Source: a virus. Taken from it: DNA of 64,000 bases. Positions 57,611-64,000 of this stretch are shown piece after piece; within the stretch, counting starts at the first letter, position 1, and every line of letters starts with the position of its first letter. The position numbers and the translations under genes were made by a program. Below the pieces are notes generated by a model. The model was not told the origin of the DNA. It did not search any database and saw nothing but the letters and a program-made list of their open reading frames with translations. Location: IMG/VR virus record IMGVR_UViG_3300025705_000005, positions 1 through 64,000 of that record, one strand, 5' to 3'.

Positions 57611-59634
57611 TATCTTACCACTTTAAATACGAACCCATCGAAATATTGCTTATTACTATTTCTATCAACTCTAAATTCGAATTGATAAAATCTCTCAGGT
57701 TGTAATGTATTAAATCTAAAATCAAAAAAGTTTCCAGTTGAATCACAACTTACTTTTGTATAAGCCGTATCAAACGGAATCAATACTAAATTTGTTTCTA
57801 CATCTCTAACCTGGTAATAAGTAGTTGATGGGAGATATTTAATTTGGGTGTATGGTGCCGAATTAGTAAAACTTCTTTGAGGATATGTTTCTCTACCAAC
57901 AACTCTTAATTTAGCTCTTGATAATTCTTTATATTCTGTTTTTAAATTCTTCATATATAACGTTATATCATCCGATGTTAGTTCTGTAAGTGAACCTGTT
58001 GCGAATGTTGAATCATCCCACTTAGCTTCCAATGTAGGAACGTATATAGTATGGGTATTATTTGAAAAGAATTTAGATGAACCATATTTTAAAGAATCAG
58101 CTTCTTCCGAACTACTTCTCTTAATTAAGAACCCATCATTAGGCCTAGCAAGCTCCAACATATCTGTTACATATTTTGTAACATCTAAGTTTAAGTTATT
58201 AGTATATTTTGAAAATGTTTGTGAGTATTGTGTATTATCCACAGAAGCAGTGTACCAAGTAGCTCCACCAGAATTTTTATTCCACCCCGCTTCAGATACA
58301 GCAGCTGTAGAGATGGAACCTGTATATGTTAATTTGAAATCATCTAATGAACCAGTCATCGATGAGTTTGCTGAATTAAAATATGTGTATGCGAATATAT
58401 AATTTCCAGTCTTTATTGGTGTAAATGATAACGATTGTGTTCCAGCTGAAGTAAATTTACTTCTCAATCCATCTACACCTGTTCTCATATTCAACCCATC
58501 TGCATCATATATTGTAAAATCTATTTGACTAAAATCACCAGGCGTTATTGATGAGGATAATTGATAGTTAACTCCTTTTTGAAGTTCTATTGAGTATTGT
58601 GCATCAGCACCACCTTCTTTTGCATATAAATTTAATTTAGATTCTGATGCGAACATTCTTATGTTTGCATCTATAGAATGATTAACTCTGTTTCTTAATT
58701 TAAAATTACCTTCGTTTTGAGTAAACGTATCCCATACTATTAAGTTACCTTCTTTTTGATAAACATAAACTTCATCAAATGAACCAGTGGTTGATGTACC
58801 ATCACCACTCCCATCAAAGAACGTAAATCTTAATTCATGCTCACCGGTTGCAGTTGCTGTTAAATCAAATGATTGAGTTGATGATGCAGTTATAGCACCT
58901 ACCATACCAGCATAATCTCCTTCAGTTTTAAGAACCCCATTAGGGTCTTTGATTCTGAATGTCACATCATCAAATGATGCGGGGTCTATTTGAAATTGTA
59001 CTCCATAATTAATACCATTTTGTAGATACGCTGGAAATACTAATGTAGTTCCTGCGAAGTTAGATGCTGATATAATTAGTTTTTCGTTTTGTATTAATGC
59101 GCTTGGTTCATTTCCATTAAAATCATTTATAGATTCTGTTAAATGAGCTGAACCAGTACCATTCGTAAATGATTCGTATAATACAACTCCTGATTTTGGT
59201 GTTGTTTCTACGGCTACTCCGTTAAATATGGATGTTCCACCTACATTCCATAATAAAGTTCCTTCACGTCGCTCCCAACTACACCCATCACTATTGATTG
59301 GGGTATCATAAAATTGCCCCATACCCTCAGACCAACTTTGTGATACTGGGTAAACTTCTAATTTGTATTCTGATAATACTTCTTCTTCACCTACAGATGT
59401 TAGGTTCAATTGAAAATTAGGACTTGAAGGGATATCACCATCTACTATAGATTTAGATATAGCAGCAATATCAAATTTAGTTAATACTCTACTATTACCT
59501 ACAAGTGTAGATTGAGTAGCCTCATCGTAAAGTTTACTAACCTCTAAGACTTCATCTAAACCTGTGTTTTGTGACTTGCGAGTGTTCAACTCATAAATCG
59601 TAGTGTCTTTTTGTCCGTATATTCTATAAATCAT
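57610..59634 (-). CDS. Baseplate-region structural protein with duplicated beta-sandwich insert
   Basis: Two homologous internal domains (YLQNGINYGVQFQIDP.. / ELQKGVNYQLSSSITP..); GAGGA SD. Confidence 0.6.
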   Translation of the reverse strand: MIYRIYGQKDTTIYELNTRKSQNTGLDEVLEVSKLYDEATQSTLVGNSRVLTKFDIAAISKSIVDGDIPSSPNFQLNLTSVGEEEVLSEYKLEVYPVSQSWSEGMGQFYDTPINSDGCSWERREGTLLWNVGGTSIFNGVAVETTPKSGVVLYESFTNGTGSAHLTESINDFNGNEPSALIQNEKLIISASNFAGTTLVFPAYLQNGINYGVQFQIDPASFDDVTFRIKDPNGVLKTEGDYAGMVGAITASSTQSFDLTATATGEHELRFTFFDGSGDGTSTTGSFDEVYVYQKEGNLIVWDTFTQNEGNFKLRNRVNHSIDANIRMFASESKLNLYAKEGGADAQYSIELQKGVNYQLSSSITPGDFSQIDFTIYDADGLNMRTGVDGLRSKFTSAGTQSLSFTPIKTGNYIFAYTYFNSANSSMTGSLDDFKLTYTGSISTAAVSEAGWNKNSGGATWYTASVDNTQYSQTFSKYTNNLNLDVTKYVTDMLELARPNDGFLIKRSSSEEADSLKYGSSKFFSNNTHTIYVPTLEAKWDDSTFATGSLTELTSDDITLYMKNLKTEYKELSRAKLRVVGRETYPQRSFTNSAPYTQIKYLPSTTYYQVRDVETNLVLIPFDTAYTKVSCDSTGNFFDFRFNTLQPERFYQFEFRVDRNSNKQYFDGFVFKVVR

Positions 59635-59647
59635 ACTATATCCTCGT

Positions 59648-61588
59648 TTAGAACTGCTGTGTTATAACCTGTCCTCTAATATCTGTATTTGGAAATTTAA
59701 CTTCAAATATGGATGGGTCTTTAGGCGGATATATTACACCACCTTTGGTTGCGTTAATTATACTATATTTGTTTGGTGAGTAGTTTCCATTAAATTTATT
59801 AGTAATTTGTAAACCACCCTTACCATCTTTATCAGGTCTTACTACAGTTTGTACCCCATCTACCTTATCAATCTCCACATATAACTTAGATAGATTAATT
59901 GGTTCATTAATTCTCCAATTATCAATATCAAAGTAACTTTTTAATCTATCAATAGCTCTTAATAAAACTTCGTTAGAGTTATACTCAGGTAAAACTACAA
60001 TTTCAAAGTTTACACCAATATTTACAACATGTGCATCTTTAATATTAACTGCATCTGTTAACAATCTATGATATGATATATAAGTTTTTAAATTATACTT
60101 TGTTGCTGGATTTAAAGCCGTTAGGTTTTTCTGATTATCATAACCACAAGTATATAAATTTAATGCTAATGGGTTTGGAATCTCAGTATTGATATACTGA
60201 CCATCTACTTTTGAATTTTCCAATTGATAGTCTTGAACTAAATATGCTTTTGCTACTGAACCGAATTGAGGTGGAAGTGCGTAACATCTCATTACATAAT
60301 CTTCTCTCGTTACAGTTCTATTTTGAGCGGCGAAGAATGCCATAGCATTCTGTCTAATTTCTTCTTGAGATTCTGTTGTTTTACCACCAACAGCTGCGTT
60401 TGGATTTGAACATGCTATTGATTGTTTACAAAATGAAACTAAGTTTTTGTTTAAATTTATTTCGTTTTTGAAAATAGTGTTACTTGATACAACACTAACT
60501 AAATCTCCAGCTGGAACATTATCTACAATACCATTACCTATTAAGTAAGTAACAGTAAGAGTTGTATTTTGTGGTGCAACACCATAGGTTTTTGTATATA
60601 AGAAGTTAGATGGGTCTAATGTTGTATCTAAATTCTGATTTTCTGCATAAAGTGCTGAACCTACGTTATCGGGATTAGGAATTATCTCTTCATCTGCATT
60701 AGATGATATACCCGCTCCAAACCCAATAACCATTATACCATCATCTTCAAAGTTTGTTGTATATCTTTTAGGAACTCTGTTAAGTTCTAAGAGGTATGGT
60801 GTATCACCACTGTATTGGTGTAGGTATGTTGAGTTATCTTCGTTGTTATCTATTTGTTCAAATACAGTATCTTGTGCTAAGTAAGGAACTCTAGTCCAAG
60901 TATCCCCATCTGAATCTTTAATGTTTTTTATTCTAACTAAGTTTTCTTCTTCTATCTTAATCTTATCGTATATCTTAGGTGATGTAAAATTAAAGGTTTT
61001 TACCTTCTCTTTACCACTAGTAGCTTTAATTTGTTTCTTTAACAAATAGTAAACTGGTACATTTGTATTTTCATCTATTTGATATACTGATATTTCTGTT
61101 GGGTCAAATGATGATGAGAACGCAAAATCAATAGGAGCTATAGTTGTAAACTCTACATCTGAATAATCCGTAGAACCAATAATCATATTAGCCCCAACTG
61201 TCATAGCGTAATCAAAATCAGGTTTTACATTATCACCAACCCCAGTTGCTGGTACTAATTGAAATACATCCATTGTTACTGATGCTGGAATAATATTCTT
61301 AGGTTTATATCCTAAAGAGTTTACTATATTAAATAAGTTTACATTCTCTTCGGCTGTACTTAGTAACGATTCTCTTAATTGTGTATCTGTATAGAATGAT
61401 AACACATCACCCACATACGATGCCATTTCCATAAACATCATACCAGGAGATGATTCGTTAAAATCATTGTAAGTATTTGGGAAGTAGTTTTTAGAAAACT
61501 CAATTAGGTTTTTTCTAAACTCTCCAAAATCTCTACCGACTAACGATACATCCTTTTGTACTAAATCTGATTTCTTTTTATTTGCCAT
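59648..61588 (-). CDS. Baseplate wedge protein (gp6-like)
   Basis: RDFGEFRKNL...YNDFNESSPG...ASYVGDVLSFY, FGAG, and AVGG...ES..EIR...QNRTVTREDY. Confidence 0.88.
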   Translation of the reverse strand: MANKKKSDLVQKDVSLVGRDFGEFRKNLIEFSKNYFPNTYNDFNESSPGMMFMEMASYVGDVLSFYTDTQLRESLLSTAEENVNLFNIVNSLGYKPKNIIPASVTMDVFQLVPATGVGDNVKPDFDYAMTVGANMIIGSTDYSDVEFTTIAPIDFAFSSSFDPTEISVYQIDENTNVPVYYLLKKQIKATSGKEKVKTFNFTSPKIYDKIKIEEENLVRIKNIKDSDGDTWTRVPYLAQDTVFEQIDNNEDNSTYLHQYSGDTPYLLELNRVPKRYTTNFEDDGIMVIGFGAGISSNADEEIIPNPDNVGSALYAENQNLDTTLDPSNFLYTKTYGVAPQNTTLTVTYLIGNGIVDNVPAGDLVSVVSSNTIFKNEINLNKNLVSFCKQSIACSNPNAAVGGKTTESQEEIRQNAMAFFAAQNRTVTREDYVMRCYALPPQFGSVAKAYLVQDYQLENSKVDGQYINTEIPNPLALNLYTCGYDNQKNLTALNPATKYNLKTYISYHRLLTDAVNIKDAHVVNIGVNFEIVVLPEYNSNEVLLRAIDRLKSYFDIDNWRINEPINLSKLYVEIDKVDGVQTVVRPDKDGKGGLQITNKFNGNYSPNKYSIINATKGGVIYPPKDPSIFEVKFPNTDIRGQVITQQF

Positions 61589-61597
61589 ATCTTTAAC

Positions 61598-62035
61598 CTA
61601 TTCTATTACGCTTCCAGCTGAATCAACAAATATTATTATTTGTCTATTTGCACCCTGCTCCGTTACCCTAAATCTTAATTTTATTCTTACAAAATTTCTG
61701 TCGGGTTCTGTTTCAATATCTATATTGTCAATAACTATATAAGGTAACCAAAATTTTATATCTTTCGAGAGAGTTTCTGAAATCCTATCACTAAGGTTCA
61801 AATCTATATTTTCAAATAGTTGAGCGTACACATCTGAACCAAATAATGGTTGAAATGGTCTTTCACCTTTTTTAGTCAATAATAGATTCTTCAAATTAGA
61901 TACTGCTTGCTCTTCAGTTGTATAACTTAGTGTAAACAATCCGTTTGGTTTCCCAAATGGTAGTTTAATGCCAACAGCAACATCCTTTTTAAAGTCTATA
62001 GGATTGTAGAAATATTCTTTTCTCTCTTTAGCCAT
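61598..62035 (-). CDS. Baseplate wedge subunit (gp25-like)
   Basis: NLKNLLLTKKGERPFQPLFGSD..QLFE, the gp25/GPW signature. Confidence 0.9.
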   Translation of the reverse strand: MAKERKEYFYNPIDFKKDVAVGIKLPFGKPNGLFTLSYTTEEQAVSNLKNLLLTKKGERPFQPLFGSDVYAQLFENIDLNLSDRISETLSKDIKFWLPYIVIDNIDIETEPDRNFVRIKLRFRVTEQGANRQIIIFVDSAGSVIE

Positions 62036-62037
62036 CA

Positions 62038-62517
62038 CTATCTACCCTTCTTCTTATCAATCGCTTTCATCAATTGAGAATAATCTTTAGTTATAGCTCC
62101 CATTACATTTGCTACTTCTGGATTGCTCGTATCAATTGGTCTACCATCTATATCAACGGTTGGTGCTACTGAAGTAGAACCACCTTGCATAAATGATTGA
62201 GCTTGATTAGATGAGAATTGAGTATCATTGAGATTTCTCCACTCACCACTATCAGCTACCTCATTTAACATATCGTTTAACATTGGATTCTTAATAAATG
62301 TTTTTTGTTCTGTTTTAGGTGTTCCACTATCTTCAGAAAGAAGTTCTGATAAATTAATATCTAGTGGGTCTTTTTCAACTATTCTTTTTTTAACTTTTAC
62401 TTCTTTGATAATTGGCTTAGAAGCATTTCTAACTTCCGTAATGATAGGTTTAAGTTCTTCACGAACAACCTTTCTTACTACTAATTCCAATAATTGTGCT
62501 AATTCTTTTGCTTTCAT
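62038..62517 (-). CDS. Hypothetical protein
   Basis: 159 aa; N-terminal VVRKVVREELKPIITE; C-terminal KDYSQLMKA. Confidence 0.6.
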   Translation of the reverse strand: MKAKELAQLLELVVRKVVREELKPIITEVRNASKPIIKEVKVKKRIVEKDPLDINLSELLSEDSGTPKTEQKTFIKNPMLNDMLNEVADSGEWRNLNDTQFSSNQAQSFMQGGSTSVAPTVDIDGRPIDTSNPEVANVMGAITKDYSQLMKAIDKKKGR

Positions 62518-62533
62518 AATTGTGTACTTTATA

Positions 62534-62541
62534 TATAAATA
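62534..62541 (-). promoter_or_regulatory. TATTTATA putative late-promoter element
   Basis: 16 nt before the ATG at 62517. Confidence 0.55.
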
Positions 62542-62566
62542 TTAAAAACTTTCGTTTTACACCAAT

Positions 62567-63175
62567 TTAAACCAAACCAACCCAAGGTTGTGGTGAAGGA
62601 AATGGTGGAAGTGGTGTTGCAGGTGAACCTGGAAATACTAATTCGGTATGTAATCCACCAACAGTCGTTAAATGATTCTTAAATGCAGTTACTAATTTTG
62701 TTGCGAATGGAATACCATATGGAACTGCAGATTGTGTATGTGTGAATGCTGTTAACAAATCGTTTTGTAACGCTGGGATAACCCCACCATTATTTATGAT
62801 ATGTGATATTGGTGCAGGTACTCCAACTGTTGCTGTTGATAAACCCATATTGACTGGATGAAATGGTGCTGGGGACATTGTGGTTGATAACCAATATGTT
62901 GATGTTGCGTTAGCCCAATCTAAAAAGTGAGGTAACTTTGGTTTACCTTCAGATTCCCTTATATCATTTAACGTTTTCATTATAGCCATCTTAATTGGAA
63001 CGTATGGTGCTTGTACCAATGGTAGGTTTGCATGGAGTGATGTCTTAGCAAGTTTTACTGCTTTATGATACTCTGATGCTATCTTCTCAGCGGTTTCTTC
63101 GTGAGTCTTTCCTTCTATAGATGAGTTAAGGTAACCACCTACTACTGGTATGAATGTGGGCCAAAGTGCGGACAT
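62567..63175 (-). CDS. Hypothetical protein downstream of spike gene
   Basis: 202 aa, Pro-rich C-terminus, coupled to the upstream gene. Confidence 0.55.
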   Translation of the reverse strand: MSALWPTFIPVVGGYLNSSIEGKTHEETAEKIASEYHKAVKLAKTSLHANLPLVQAPYVPIKMAIMKTLNDIRESEGKPKLPHFLDWANATSTYWLSTTMSPAPFHPVNMGLSTATVGVPAPISHIINNGGVIPALQNDLLTAFTHTQSAVPYGIPFATKLVTAFKNHLTTVGGLHTELVFPGSPATPLPPFPSPQPWVGLV

Positions 63176-63176
63176 A

Positions 63177-64000
63177 TTATTGTTTCATTGCTTTTATATC
63201 ACTAAGTATAGAGGCAACTTTTCCAGCATTTGTAGCCGGACCTGTAGGTCCAACCCCAGTTGCATAAGTTGAAGTTGCTGAGGTTAAATCTTTTAACTCA
63301 CTTGCTAACTTCTCTATCAAAGTAAATAGTTTATCCATCTCCATCTGCCAACCCGGTGTTGCATTTATAATATCTTTTTTAGCAGCTATTATAACACTTT
63401 CGTTTTTAGCGTTTAGAAATATTCTATCGGAATTCATTACTATTGATGGTTTGGAATAACTACCAGGGGCAGGAAGTCCACCTAATCCAGTTTGTGCTGG
63501 GGTTAGTTTTATTTTCTGAGATGAACCTAACCATATAGATGAAAGGTCATCATTAACATCCTCTATAATAAATTTGTTATATGAACCACCACTCTTTCTA
63601 CCATTAGAGATAATAGTAATAGGGTCATTATCAGTTGAAGAACTCCAAGTTGGGGTTTTAGTTGTATCCGAACCGTTGGGTGTATATCCAAATCTCATTG
63701 AGTGTCCGAATCTACCTTCTAATAATACATCACCTATAAATGGTTGAACCGAACCTACATCACTTCTTTCAGAAAATCCTTTACCTAATTTAGATGAAGA
63801 ACCACCACCACTAATACCTGGAACACCTGCGGCTGCTGCTGCGTATCCTGCTGCTCCTGCGGCTGCTGAAAGTAATGTTTTGGATGTTGGTAATGCGTTG
63901 TTGTGGGGATTCTTTTGTACTGATATCGGATTTAGATAATAGAATGTTGTATTAGAATTTCTTTTTTCGGGCTTTGCTTCACCAGAAGTACCTTGAATTA
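63177..64000 (-). CDS. Baseplate hub/spike (gp5-like) protein, 5' end outside the window
   Basis: The frame stays open from 63998 (IQGTSGEAK...GDVLLEGRFGHSMRFG...). Beta-helix-like IVMNSDRIFLNAKNESVIIAAKKDI and terminal TGVGPTGP; positioned before gp25/gp6. Confidence 0.65.
   Translation of the reverse strand, partial: IQGTSGEAKPEKRNSNTTFYYLNPISVQKNPHNNALPTSKTLLSAAAGAAGYAAAAAGVPGISGGGSSSKLGKGFSERSDVGSVQPFIGDVLLEGRFGHSMRFGYTPNGSDTTKTPTWSSSTDNDPITIISNGRKSGGSYNKFIIEDVNDDLSSIWLGSSQKIKLTPAQTGLGGLPAPGSYSKPSIVMNSDRIFLNAKNESVIIAAKKDIINATPGWQMEMDKLFTLIEKLASELKDLTSATSTYATGVGPTGPATNAGKVASILSDIKAMKQ

Noticed and set aside
61586-61600. TAG read-through or stop-codon reassignment (gp25-like stop is in frame with the gp6-like ATG)
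   Set aside because: Other TAG stops (42541, 47123, 62038) are soon followed by further stops or out-of-frame starts, and genes are full length under the standard code. One in-frame case is expected by chance.
569-62545. Plus-strand ORFs in the track (e.g. 6734..7762, 17961..18455, 26197..26847, 38198..38650)
   Set aside because: They lie opposite clear minus-strand genes, have the biased composition of antisense shadows and show no recognisable motifs.

Overview
This is a 64-kb, AT-rich segment of a large T4-like (myovirus-type) bacteriophage genome. Essentially every real gene is on the minus strand, so transcription runs from right to left. In that order the window holds: (1) a baseplate block (gp5-like spike running off the right edge, gp25, gp6 and wedge-like proteins); (2) an embedded DNA-processing trio (T7 endonuclease I-like resolvase, DnaG-type primase, single-chain Mre11-Rad50/SbcDC fusion); (3) a 3345-aa repeat-built fibre; (4) a HIGH-nucleotidyltransferase/ligase-like fusion; (5) the head module (terminase large subunit, portal, prohead protease, ribosomal protein bS21, scaffold, major capsid protein, PhoH); and (6) a cluster of fibre/lectin genes running off the left edge. 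The bS21-beside-capsid layout resembles described aquatic bS21 phages, mostly predicted to infect Bacteroidota; the host is an inference. The best candidate for an undescribed system is a set of head-module polyproteins built from small unrelated modules separated by prohead-protease-type (I/L/V/M)-x-E sites, one of which carries two nucleotidyltransferase-type enzymes. Other leads are a possible bS21/Shine-Dalgarno translational switch, a terminator overlapping the promoter motif in front of bS21, a structured 5'-UTR RNA with a possible pseudoknot, a recurrent TATTTATA promoter-like motif, and matched C-terminal/N-terminal motif pairs linking consecutive fibre genes. All calls come from reading motifs by eye; no database searches were run.
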